In this document: piece by piece, positions 1-12,300 of the stretch | Position numbering within the stretch: position 1 is the stretch's first letter | Layout of the letters: the number at the start of each line of letters is the position of its first letter | Source of the DNA: Vicugna vicugna | Lineage: Eukaryota | Reading direction: 5' to 3' | NCBI GenBank assembly: GCA_013265495.1 | Contig: MU058444.1 | Coordinates: 1,922,001 to 1,986,000 of the forward strand | Length of the DNA stretch: 64,000 nucleotides | Position numbers and translations under genes: made by a program | The notes under the pieces: model-generated | Database searches by the model: none | What the model was told of the DNA's origin: nothing | What the model saw: only the letters and a program-made list of their open reading frames with translations

Positions 1-322
1 ACAGTCTGTAAAGAAAGGAATCAGAGGAAACATCTTCCTGATCTCGCCTCCCCGGCTCATATACCCAAACTACGTTTACCCTAACGGACCCTGCTCTTAC
101 TGAGGACTGCCGAGTTCCTGAACCAGTCCTGTAGGGTAGGCAAGCATCGCAACTTCTGACTCTCCCATTGTTTCCAATTCTACTTTGCAGGATATTAGGG
201 AATTAGAAAATGTCCTTCTTTGCCCTAGCCACATTTCGTCTTCAAGTCTATTTTGTCTCATTATAGTACAGATACTCTAGCTCTCTTTACGGTTGCCGTC
301 TGCATGCAATATCTTTTTCTAT

Positions 323-1090
323 CTGTGGTGGAAAATAATAATATAAATGTTTGGTCTTTGTTCCTGGTATCTGGCATAGAGATCCCAAAACCCTTGGCAC
401 TCACTGTTTTTTGTATGCTAATGAAAGGACTCAGGTTGAGGGAGAGTGGTACCTAAATAGCTTCAGCATGGGAGCTGGTTGTTAAAAAACCAACTGTATG
501 ATTAGAGGGCTTGAAATTTCAGCCCTAACCCCCAACCTCTGGAACTGGAGATGAAGTTCAGTCACCCATGCCAAGTGATTTAATCAATCGTGCCCACACA
601 AGTGAAATGGGTAAACCCCGTGGGTGATGGGGTCTGGAGAGCTTCTGATTTGGTGAACACATGCATGTGCCAGGAGGGTGGCATACCCTGCCTCCATGAG
701 GACAGAGGCTCTTGTGCTTGGGACACTCCCAGACCCCACTCTATGTACCTCTTCATCTGGCCATTCATTTATATCTTTTATAATAAACTATAATTGTAAG
801 TAGAGCACTTTCTTGAGTTCTAGATTGGTCTACAAATTATTGAAACGAGATGGTGGGGGTGCTGGTCAGTGGAAACTCCAAATTTGCTGTCAGTTGAGCA
901 CAAGTGTGGGTTGCCCGGGAACCCCACTTGCAGCTAGGTTTGAAGTGGAAGCAGCTTTTGGGATTAAACCCTTTAACTTGTGGGAAAAAATGCTAACTTC
1001 ATATAGGTTGTGTCAGAATAGGATTGGATTGTCGGACACCCAGTTGATGTGAGAGGACTGGAGAATTGATGTGAGGGATAGCATGCATTT
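323..1090 (-). mobile_element. ERV solo LTR, MER21-like
   Basis: TGTGG... start and ...CACACA end. Internal text (ttggtctttgttcctggt...aaacccttgg; tataataaactataattgtaagtagagcactttc) resembles the recalled MER21 consensus. It interrupts old L1 sequence. Confidence 0.6.
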
Positions 1091-1264
1091 GGCGTCCAAA
1101 AATACACACAGCATCCTTTTATTTCAACCTAGTTGTTGTGTGAGTCTAAAGCATGTCTGTTTTAGATATCAAATAGTTGGACCTTGTTTTCTTATCAGTC
1201 TGACAATGACTATCTTCTGACTGGGTTGTTCTATTCCTTCATATTTAACATTATTATTGATATA

Positions 1265-3635
1265 CAGGCATACTTCAGAGATATCACAGGTTCAGTTCTA
1301 GACCACCACAATAAAGTGAATGTCACAATTAAGTGAGTCATGAGAATTTTTTGCTTCTCCAGGGCATATGAGATGTTTATCTTTACACTCTAATGTAGTC
1401 TTTTAAGACATAGCATTATGTTAAAAAAATGGACATAATTCAGAAATACCTTACTGCTAAAAACTGCTAGCCATCATCCGAGCCTTCATCAAGCCATAAT
1501 TTTTTTGCTGGTGGAGTTTTTCCTTGATGTTGGTGGCTGCTAACTGATCAGGGTTGTGGCTGCCAAGGGTTGGGGTGGCTGTGGCAATTTCTTAAAACAA
1601 GACAACAATGAAATTTGCCACATCAGCTGACTCCCTTTCACGATTTCTTTGCAGCATGCAATGCTGTGTGATAGCATTTTACCCACAATAGAAATTATTT
1701 CAATACTGGAATCAATCCTCTCAAAGTCTGCTGCTGCTTTATCAGTTACATTTATGTAATACTCCGATCCTGTGCTGTCATTTCAACAATGTTCACAGTA
1801 TCCCCACTAGGAGCAGTTTCCATCGTAAGAAACCACGTTCTCTGCTCGTCCAGAAGAAGTACCTCCTCGTCGTTCAGGTTGTACCCTGAGATTTCAGCAA
1901 TTCATTCACATCTTCAGACTCCACTTCTACTGCTGGCTCTCTTGCGATTTCCACCACATCTGCAGTTACTTTGTCCACTAGAGTCTTGAACCCCTCGGTC
2001 ATCCATGAAGATGGGAGTCGATTTCTTCTAAACTCCTGCTAATGTCTGTTGATATTCTGGCCTCTTCTCATGAATCAAAAATGTTCTTAATGCATCTAAA
2101 AGGGTGAATCCTTTCCAGAAGGTTTTCAATTGACTTTGCCCAGATCCATTAGAGGAATCACTGTCTGTGGCAGCTGTATCCTTATGAAATTTCTTTCTTA
2201 AACAATGAGACTTGAAAGTCAAAATTACTCTTCAATTCATGGGGCTGCAGAATGAATGTTGCATTAACAGGCATGAAAACAACATGAATCTTATTGTCCA
2301 TGTCCATCAGAGCTCTTGGGTGACCAGGTACATTGTCAATGAGCAGTAATATTTTGAAAAGAAATTTTTTCTAAGCAGTACACCTGAATAATAGGCTTAA
2401 AATAATCAGTAAACCATGTTGTAAACAGATATGCTGTCATCCAGGCTTTGCTGTCCCATGTATAGAGCACAGGCAGAGTGGATAGCCTAATTCTTAAGGG
2501 CCGTGGGATTTTCAGATTGGTAAATGAGCACTGGCTTCAATTTAAAGTTGCCAGCTGAGGAGGGGGCCAAGATGGCAGAGTAGTGCATTAACCCCTAACA
2601 AGAGAGTCCATCTGTGTTTTGAAGCCAGGGATTGACTTCTCCTCTCTGGCTATGATGGCATCTTCTTCCCATAGAAGGCTGACGCTCTGTTTTTTAGTGG
2701 AGCCACCTTCATGAGTGATCTGAGCTACATCTTCTGGACAACTTGCTGCGGCTCCTACATCAGCTCCTGCTGCTCCGCCTTGCACTGTACGTGATGGAGG
2801 CGGCTTCTTTCCTTAAACCTCATGAACCAGCCTCTCCTGGCTTCAGACTTTCCTTCTGCAGCTTCCTCACCTCTCTCAGCCTTCACCGAATTGAAGGGAG
2901 TTAGGGCCTAGCTCTGGATGGGGCTTTGGCTTAAGAGAATGTTGTGGTTGGTTTGATCCTCTCTCCAGACACTAAATCTTTCTCCATATCAGCAACATGG
3001 CTGCTTCACTTTATGATTTATGTGTTCGGTGGAGTAGCACTTTGAATTTCCTTCAAAAACTTTTCCTCTGCCTTCACAACTTGCCTAACTATTTGGCACA
3101 AGAGGAGTAGCTTTCTGCCTATCGTGGCTTTTGACGTGCCTTCCTCACTAAGCTTAATCATTGCTTTTAAATCATAGCTTTTCACTTAAAGTGAGAGGTA
3201 TGCAGCTCTTCCTTCCACTTGCACACTTAGAGGCCGCTGAAGGATTATTAATTGGCCTGGTTTCAATATATTTGTGTCTTGGGGAATATGGAGGCCCAAG
3301 GAAAGAGAGAGAGACAGGAAAATGGACTATCCGCGGAGCAGTCAGAACCCACACATTTACTAACTAAGTTCATGGTGTGGTTCTTGGTCCTCAAAACAAC
3401 TACAATAGCAACATCAAAGATCGCTGATCACAGATCCCATAACAAATAGAATAATAATGAAAAAGCTTGAAATATTGTGAGAATCACCAAAATGTGACAG
3501 AGACACAAAGTAAGCAAGTGCTGTTAGAAAAATGGCACCAGTCGACTTGCTCGATGCCAGGTTGCCACAAACCTTCAACTTGTAAAAACCACGTTGAGTG
3601 CAATAAACACAGCACAACAAGAGAGGTCATGCCTG
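1265..3635 (-). mobile_element. Near full-length Tigger1 (TcMar-pogo) DNA transposon with a decayed transposase
   Basis: TA then CAGGCATAC at 1265, matching ...ATGCCTG ending at 3635 (TIRs), ~2.37 kb. Minus-strand ORF fragments [25 protein letters not shown] (2028-2222) and [26 protein letters not shown] (2588-2785) match Tigger1/TIGD1 transposase but are broken by stops and frameshifts. Confidence 0.92.
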
Positions 3636-5150
3636 TCTCTGGACTTATGTCTCATTTTGCTTTATAGTTTCTGTAAGTCTCTTGTCATTTTTGTTCCTCT
3701 GTTTTTCCTTTACTGTTTTTTTGCATTAAGTGGACATTTTCTTGCATATGATTTAAATTACTTTAATGATTTTTAAAAAGATTTTTGTTACTTTGTTAGT
3801 GCTTGCTCTAAGATAAATAATATTTTAACTTATTAGAATCCACTTCAGAATTATACTATATTTAAATCTATCTACCTATCTAATCTAGAATCTATATACA
3901 CTTTCTATAATAAATAGAAGCTTTTCTCCAGTAGAGCTCCACTCTTATTCCCTAACTTTTTGTGTTATTATTATCAGATACATTAAAGCTACATACGTTA
4001 CAAACCCAAATCATGCAGTGCTATAGTTATTATTGTATATAATATGCCTAACAGATAAAAAGGGGAAAATGTATTCATAGAGTTTTCTATATTCACTGTC
4101 TGATGTACCAGTTCTGGTTCTCTTCATTTCTTTCTGTGGGTGGAGGTACCATCTGATTTCATTTTCTTACTCTAAGACAGTTTCCTTTCCTCTTCCCCTA
4201 CTCCTCTGTGCTGTTATTGCCAAATATATTATACTTCCATATGTTACAGGTCCAGTAATACAATTTCATAGTTACTGTTCTAAGCAATTTTTAAATTAGT
4301 TAATAAACAAAACATGTAATTATGCTTTCTTTTATAGCTACCTACATATGCTACAGGTCCAATAATATAATTTCATAGATACTGCTCTATGCAATTTTTA
4401 AATTAGTTAATAAACAAAACATATAATTATACTTTCTTTTACAGTTACCTACATAATTACCTTTACCACATACTTCATTTTCCTATGTGAAATCAAATGA
4501 CTCTCTGGCTTAATTTCATTTCAGCATGAAGAACATCTTTTAGTATTGCTTCTAAGCCAAGCATGCTAGCAGTGAATTATCTCAGTTTTTCTTCACCTGG
4601 AAATTCTCTATTTTGCCTCCATTTTTGAAAGATAGTTTCGCTGGACAGAGGATTCTTGGATGACAATCTTTTTTTTTCTTTCATCACATTGAATATATTA
4701 TCCCACTTTCTACTGGACTCCTCTGTTTCTGGAAAAGAGCCAACTGTTAATTTTATTGGGATTCACTTCCATGTGTTGAGTCATTTTTCTTGCTGCTTTC
4801 AAGATTTTCTCTTTCTCTTTGATTATGAGGTGCCTGAGTGTGAGTATTTTTGTGTTTAACCTTTTTGAGGTTCATTGAGCTTTTTAAAGAGTAGGTTAAT
4901 GTTTTGTTTTTATAGAATCTGGGAAATTTTCACTCATTACTTCTTTGAATATTTTTCTGCCTCTTCTCTGTCCTCTCCTTTTGACACTCCCATTACACAT
5001 CTTTCGTGCAATTAATGCTGTCCCTCCAACACTTCTCTGAGAATCTGTCCATTTATTTTTTCTTCTGACTCCATAATCTCTGTTAATCTAGATTCAAGTC
5101 TGCTGATTTTTTCTCCTGCCAACAAAAATACACTGTTGGATCCCTCTAGT
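3636..5150 (-). mobile_element. Old L1M fragment (continues at 1-322 and 1091-1264, split by the LTR and Tigger1)
   Basis: T-rich antisense L1-type text (ttttgaaagatagtttcgctggacagaggattcttgg; gggaaatttttcactcattacttctttgaatattttt). Confidence 0.65.
4241..4454. repeat. Tandem duplication, 2 x ~107 bp
   Basis: atg(t/c)tacaggtcca.taata.aatttcatag...aattagttaataaacaaaacat...cctacat begins at 4241 and again at 4348. Confidence 0.9.
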
Positions 5151-5884
5151 TCCTATCAGAATAGTTCATTTGTTCCTGCCAATTCCTTTTCCTAAGCCCA
5201 GCAGTCCCATTCTGCCTTCCAGAGGTGACCTAAGCCTGACCCCCAGGTACATCCCTCCTGGGAGATTTCAGGACCTTGTCTCTACCAGCTTTCTTGGAAG
5301 TGTGGTCAGCATCTTTGGATTCAAACTACAACCATCTACTGTCTGTGAGGCAAATGCCATTATTCCCATCTTAAATAAATGAGAAAATTTAAACAAAGAA
5401 TAGAACAGTAATTTGTCCAGAAAATAAAGGACTGGATCCCAGTTCTTCAGAGTTTTAACCAAGCCAGTTATTAAGTGTGTATAAGAATCAATTAGGAATT
5501 TGTTTAAAATCTGCGAACACTACTACAATAGGCAACTAGTTAAGGTTCAAAAGCACTGAGGAGAGAAAAACAGCCTAGCCAGGCAGATCCAGATGCGGAA
5601 AATAAAAAGAAGAGAAAACACCCTCATTTTCCAATAGAGAGATTTTCACTACACGAGTCAAAAGAAAGGACTCCAAGCTGGGACTTCGTGACCAGAGAGT
5701 TTTTACCCAGTAAGAACCAAGGAAGAACATCATCCTAGTAAGAACACTATCCTGAATATGATGACTTTCCCAACTCCAAGCAACTTTAAAGAAAAGCCTG
5801 ACAATTAGAACACTTACCCATCATGAGCAGAAATGAGAATTTCACAGCAACCACTTTAGAACACATCTGGAGTCGGACGATTCC

Positions 5885-5885
<1 letters not shown>

Positions 5886-5930
<45 letters not shown>
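5886..5930. repeat. (ATT)15 microsatellite
   Basis: Perfect ATT run read directly; it is the source of the poly-Ile ORFs on both strands. Confidence 0.97.
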
Positions 5931-6595
5931 TTAATGTTACACCCTATCTTATTCCAACAAGGCTTAAGATTATTTCTGGAATTTATTTTGGTACAAACAT
6001 TTACCAAGTGTCTGCGATGGCAGGTTTTTTAAAATATAAACGAACAGAACAAGGCCCTGCCCCCAGTGACTTAGAAACAGGGAGTTGAACGCATTGGTTC
6101 AAACCTGGCCTGTGGAATCAGGCAGCCCTAGGTCCTTTCCATATCAAGGTGAAAACTTGGACTGGTTATTTGACCTCTTCAATCCTCACCTTATCTGTAA
6201 AACAGAGAAAACCATATCTTCTACTTTACTGGACTTAAGTTGTGGGAATTAAGTTGTATAATTCTCAAAATGTTAAAGATGTGACTGCCCTCCAAAACTC
6301 CACTGAACGTGACCCAAAGAGTTATTTACCTCACAAAGGGTCACAAAACTGATTCAGAGGAGTATGGGAGAGACTGGTACACAGAATAAATGAAAGAAAG
6401 TGCTAGAATAAGATTGCTAAATTATTTTCTTAACTGGCTGTATCCTATAGAGTAATATAACTTAATATTATGGGTTATCTTTTCTATGGAAATTATTTGC
6501 ATCTCTGCCATCCAAAAAAATTATTTGAAACGTATCGATCAGTTACAAGTTGGCATCTAATTCCATCTGGGCCTGAATCAACAGTAAATAGGAAG

Positions 6596-6797
6596 CAGTT
6601 AACCACTGTATGTAAAAATAGATAAAAATCACATTTCTTCTGTAAGCACAGGGAACTATGCTCAATATCTTGTAATAACTTTTAATGAAAAAGAATAGGA
6701 AAACGAATATATGTATGTATGTGCATGGCTGGGACATGATGCTGTACACCAGAAACTGACACATTGCAACTGACTATTCTCTAATTTAAAAAAAGAA
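6596..6797 (+). mobile_element. 5'-truncated lineage-specific L1 3' end with 13-bp TSD
   Basis: L1 3' UTR text (gcacagggaactatgctcaatatcttgtaataac...) and an A-rich tail. AGTAAATAGGAAG at 6583-6595 and 6798-6810. Confidence 0.85.
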
Positions 6798-7019
6798 AGT
6801 AAATAGGAAGTCAAACAAGGATGTATTCCTAGAGAATTAGATAATCCTTGGGTGGTCCTGTTACACAATATTCCAGCATGAAAGGACACACAGTCATCAT
6901 TTTGCCTAATTGCCAAGTCGGGGGTAATTTTTCTTAATACACCTAAAGTGTTTAGCACAGTCTGCTACATACAAAGTCCTGAAAATATGACAGCGTATTT
7001 ATTATTTCTGTCTTTATAA

Positions 7020-7200
7020 TCCTAGCTCTGCTGCATCCCGGCTGGGTGTGCTTCTGCAGTGTTCGCTCTCTGCCTTAGTTTTTTCATCTATAAAACAGGG
7101 ATAATGGTGTTTTCTCCATCCCGGGGCTGGCATGAGGAGTAAGGAAGCATGAGGTATGCACAGAAACACTGAGTGTCTGGCACATAGTAATCACTAAATA
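7020..7200. mobile_element. MIR SINE remnant (others near 5340-5460, 6100-6270, 21400-21600, 27010-27170, 53130-53300)
   Basis: MIR core text: ctctgccttagttttttcatctataaaacagggataat...ctggcacatagtaa. Confidence 0.65.
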
Positions 7201-8509
7201 CCTAAAAGTGAGTGCTGTCATTCTCCAGGACACTTGATGTCACTCTCCAGCCAACATGTTCACAATATAAGGAAGTGAAAAGGGGGGGATATTGCTGTGA
7301 TGTGGGGTCGATGGGCACAGCTGGTCAGAGGATGCCCAACGACCTTTTGCAGCTTGAACTTGGACTAAAGAACAGGCTATTTTTAGCTGCGCTGGGAAAC
7401 CAGCTCACCCTTGCCTTAAACATTATTAAAATGGACCCGTTCCAGAGTCCTGAAGGCAAAGATAAATTTCATACTCTTGTTTGTCTACTTTTTGCCCTCA
7501 TCCTGACACAGTAATATGCAGCACATATTCACAGGTTACTTTGGGATCTGCCCGATGCTTCTAGACCAAACCTACGTCTCTTGTGACCATGGTATCTTTC
7601 CTGGGGATGAAAATATGAATTACTTTTACTAAGAGCAGCTTCCTCTACGTTTCACTGCCTTATTTGATGTAGACCGGAAAGCAAATGTCATCACCCACCA
7701 CATACTCTACACAATCATAGCCCAAACAGCCAGGAAGCTACACTATTTTCAGATTTTCCCTTCTATGTGAGGAGCCTCTGAAATATGCACAGAGAAGACG
7801 AATTATCCTCTTCCCAGCAATCTTTTCCCGGGACTGGCACTCTGGGGAACACACTGTAGACCAACGATCAACTTATGCTGGTGTAAATAAGACACTCATC
7901 TGAGTGTTGTGGGTTTCTCTTTTCCATGAGTCATTACATGAAGGATTATAAATACCCAGAACCCAGCGTCAGTCCAGCTATTTTCTCAAAGCACACAAAT
8001 ATTGATAAAAGCAAGTTTAGTGGCAGTTCTAGTGGGTACAAGTTACTAGGTGGCCTCTTGGAGTCATGTCTCTCCCTTCCCAGGTGGTGGTTCCTACATT
8101 GGATGCAGTTCTATGAAGCCAGAGAGCTCAGCGCACCATGACCATCCGGGAAGATGTGCATTCTAACAAGCACTTTTCAAGAGCACAATGGGCTATAATG
8201 CATCACCCTGTCAACAGGTGATTTATATTAAAAGGTTATCACCACCTTTTCAGTGATTCATCCTTCCCTATTTGTTTATTCATTTGTTGACTGTCTCTGA
8301 CAATAGAAGCAATATTACCAGTTTCAGTATATCATGGAAAAGCACAAGGGAATAGCCAAAAATTCTGCACAATTCCACCACCCAAATATAATCCTGGCAA
8401 CATGTTCTTGTTCTGTGTGTTTCGAGAGTCTTTCGTGAGAGAAAGAGAAAGAGACAGATCAGACCTCCATACATTTATTTGTTCATATGTTTGCAACCTG
8501 CCTGGCAGG

Positions 8510-8930
8510 TAAGGGTTCATTGCAATTAACTAAGTCTGCATATAAGCCACTTCCAAATTTAGTGGCTTTAAAAACACAGATATTTATTTTGCTCACAAAT
8601 CTGCAACGTGGGCAGGCCTTGATGGGGACAGTTTGTCTGTGCTTGACTCAGTGGCTGAGGGTGGGGTGGGGGTGGGGCTCTAGCACGGTAGCTTCAGGTG
8701 GGTTGGACTTCTTACATGTCAACTTAGGGTTCCCGAAGCTTGTGTACTGCCTGGGGTGGGGGGACACTGTGTCACCTTTGATGACTTAGCTTTGGAAGTA
8801 CACAGCATCACTTCCACCTCATTCTACTCCTCAAAAACAGGTCACTAGAGCCAGCCCATAATCACGGCCTGAAATCCATCTTTTTAGAGGGAGCGTCAAA
8901 GAGTGTCTGACCATGTTTTAAGACCTCAAG
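8510..8930. mobile_element. MaLR (MLT1-type) LTR remnant
   Basis: ccaaatttagtggctttaaaaacacagatatttattttgctcacaaatctgca...cagcatcacttccacctcattcta resembles MLT1 LTRs. Confidence 0.55.
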
Positions 8931-9389
8931 GAACTTAGCAACAAAATGAATAGTTGAATAAATAAATAGGGAAGCATGAACCACTTCTGAGAAAGGCTAT
9001 GAAAATCTTTTAACACTAGTCAATTGTTACTACTGTGTGACATTATAACCCATCTGATTCTTGAAATATATCTATTAAAGAAATGCATACCATGTGTGGC
9101 AGTAAACACCTGCTGGCTGAATGAACTCAGCCAGTCATGAGCATTTTCCTATATCAATGAATATTTTTATAGCATAATTTTAAGGGTTGCATTGTAAGTT
9201 TATCATAATTTATTTAACTAATTTCCAGTCACGCAATGTTAGATATCTGGACCATTTGCTTTATTGTATAGATTACTCTAGGATTATATTTTTCTGTTTT
9301 CTTTCGATAATTACATAAGCATAGAATTTCTGGATGAAAGGGATATATATTTTTAAGCTACTGCAAAAAACGGCCTAGGTTTTTTAACA

Positions 9390-12300
9390 CTAGACTCCAG
9401 TTTTTTACAAAATTTTACAAAATTGAGCAGAAGATAGAGATTTCCCATATGGTCCTACATTATCAACAATTGGTACATTTGTTGTAATTGATGTACCTAC
9501 ACTGACACATCATAATCACTCAGAGTCTACAGTTTACACCAGGGTTCATCCTTGGGGTTGTACATTCTGTGGGTTTGCACAACTGTGTAATGATACATAT
9601 ATCCATCGTTGTAAAATCATACAGAGTATTTTCAGAGTATAGTGACATGTATCCACCATTATAGTAACAGACAGAATAATTTCACTGCCTTAAAATTCCT
9701 CTATTCTCTGCCTTTTCTCCATCCCTCCCACCAAACCCTGGCAACCACTGATCTTTCTACTGTCTCCATGGGTCTGTGTTTTCCAGAACGTCATAAAGTT
9801 GGAATCAAAAAGTATATAGACTTCTCAGAATGGCTTCTTTCACTTAGCAATATTTATTAACGTTTCCTTCGTGTTGTTTCATGGCCTGATAGCTCATTTC
9901 TTTCCAGCACTAATTAATATTCCATCAATACCATATGCCTTGTCTGAATGTACCAGTTTATTTATCCATTTACCTAACTGAAGAACATTTTGGTTGCTTT
10001 CAGGTTTTGACAATTATGAGTAAAGATGCTTTAACATCTATGTGCAGGTTTTTGTGTGAATATAATTTCTCAGCTCCTTTGGCTGTCTACCAGAGAGCAT
10101 GATTGCTGGGTCACACGATAAGCCAATGTTTCATTCTCTGAGAAACTGTCTTCCAAAGTAACTGTATCACTTTGCATTCCCAGCAGTAATGAATAAGAGT
10201 TCCCGTTGCTCCATATCCTACCCAGCATTTGGTGCTGTCAGTATTCTGGATTTTGGTCATTCTAGTAGATGTGCTGTTGTCTCTTCTTGTTGTTGCAATA
10301 TACATTTCTCTAATGATGTAGGATAGGGAGCATTTTTTGATATGCTTATTTTCCATTTGTATATCTTCTTTGGTGAGATCTTTGGCCCATTTTTTAATCA
10401 GGTTGTTTTGTTTTTTTAATTGTTGACCTTTAAGAGTGCTTTGTATATTTTGGATAACAGTCCTCTTTCAGATGTGTCTTTTGAAAATATTTTCCCCCAG
10501 TCTGTGGCTTGCATTTTCATTCTCTTGACAGTGTCTTTTACAAAACAGAAGTTTTACTTTTAATGAAATCCAGCTTATTGATAATTTATTTTCATGGACC
10601 ACACCTTTGGTATTGTTTCTAAATAGTTTGTGCCAAATCCAAAGTCATCCAGATTGTCATTGTTATCTTCTACAAGTTTTATAGTTTTGCATCATACATT
10701 TAGGTCTGTGGTCCATTTCAAGTTAACTTCGGTGAACGGTGTATCATCTGTGTCTAGATTCATGTGCTGTCCAGTTGTTTCAGCTCCGTTTGCTGAAGAA
10801 ACTATTTTTCCTCCACTGTATTATTTTTGTTCCTTTGCCAAAAATAATCTGACTATATTTATGTGGGTCTACTTCTGGGCTTTCTGTTCTGTTCCGTTAA
10901 TCTGTCTGTCTATTCTTTTGCCAATATAATACTGTCTTCATTACTGTAGCTTTACAATACGTTTTGAAGTCAGATAGTGTCAGCCCTCCAACTTTGTTCT
11001 TGCCCCTCAATATTGTTTTGGTTATTCTGAGTCTTTTGCCTGTCCATGTAAACTTTAGAGTCAATTTACTGATCTCCACATAACTCGCTGGTATCTTGAT
11101 TGGGAGTGCACTGAATCTATAAGCCACGCTGGAAAGAACTGACACCTTGACAACATTGAGTTTTCCTACCTGTTAATATGGTATATACCCACTTACTTAG
11201 TTCTTCTGATTTCTTTCATCAGAATTTTGTAGCCTTACTCATATAGAGCTTGTACATATTTTGTTAGATTTGTATCTAAGTATTTTATACTTTGGAGTGC
11301 TAATGTAAATGGTATTATATTTTAAAATTTCAAATTCCACTTGTTCATTGCTGGTATACAGGGAATCAACTGACTTTTGTGTATTAATTTTGTATCCCAC
11401 AAACTTGTTATAATCACTTATGAGTTTCAAAAGGTTTTTTGTTAGTTCTTTCAGATTTTCTCCACAATCATGTCATTTGAAAACACACAGTTTTATTTAT
11501 TTCTTTCTAACCTGAATACATTGTCTCTCCTCCTCTTGTCTTACTGCATTAGCTAGCACTTCCAGTGTGATGCTGAAAGGCAGCAGTAGGAGGAGACATC
11601 CTTGCCTTATTCTTGCTCTTAGCGAGAAAGCTTCGAATGTCTCAACTTTATGTACAACATTAGTTGCAGACTTTTTGTCAATATTCTTTATCAAGTTGAG
11701 GAAGTTCAAGTTCCTAGTTTACTGAGAGCTTTTTTTTTAATCATAAACAGGCGTTACATTTTATCATATGCTTTTTCTAAATCTATTGATAAGAGCATGT
11801 GATTTTTCCTTCTTTAGTCTGTGAATGTGTTGGATTACATTAATTGATTTTAAACTGTTGAACTAGCCTTGCATACTTGGGATAAATCCCACTTGGGATG
11901 TTCATGAGAGATATTGGTCTATAGTTTTCTTGTAATGCCTTTGTCTGCTTTTGATAGAAGGGTGATGCTGCATTAAGAAGCATGCCCTCTGCTTCTATCT
12001 TCTGAAAGAAATTGTAGATAATTGGTATAATTTCTTCTTTAGATGTTTGGTGGAATTTACTCCAACTGCGACTGGTTATTTCTGTTTTGGAAGGTTATTA
12101 ATTATTGATTCAATTTCTTTAATACATATAGGCCTGTTCAGATGGTATATTTCTTTTTTTTAAACATTTTTATTGATTTATAATCATTTTACAACGTTGT
12201 GTCAAATTCCAGTGTTCAGCACAATTTTTCAGTCATTCATGGACATATACACACTCATTGTCACATTTTTTTCTCTGTGAGTTATCATAACATTTTGTGT

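Noticed and set aside
1265..3635. Domesticated TIGD1-like gene
   Set aside because: Transposase homology is split over short ORFs by stops, frameshifts and deletions, so this is a fossil Tigger1.
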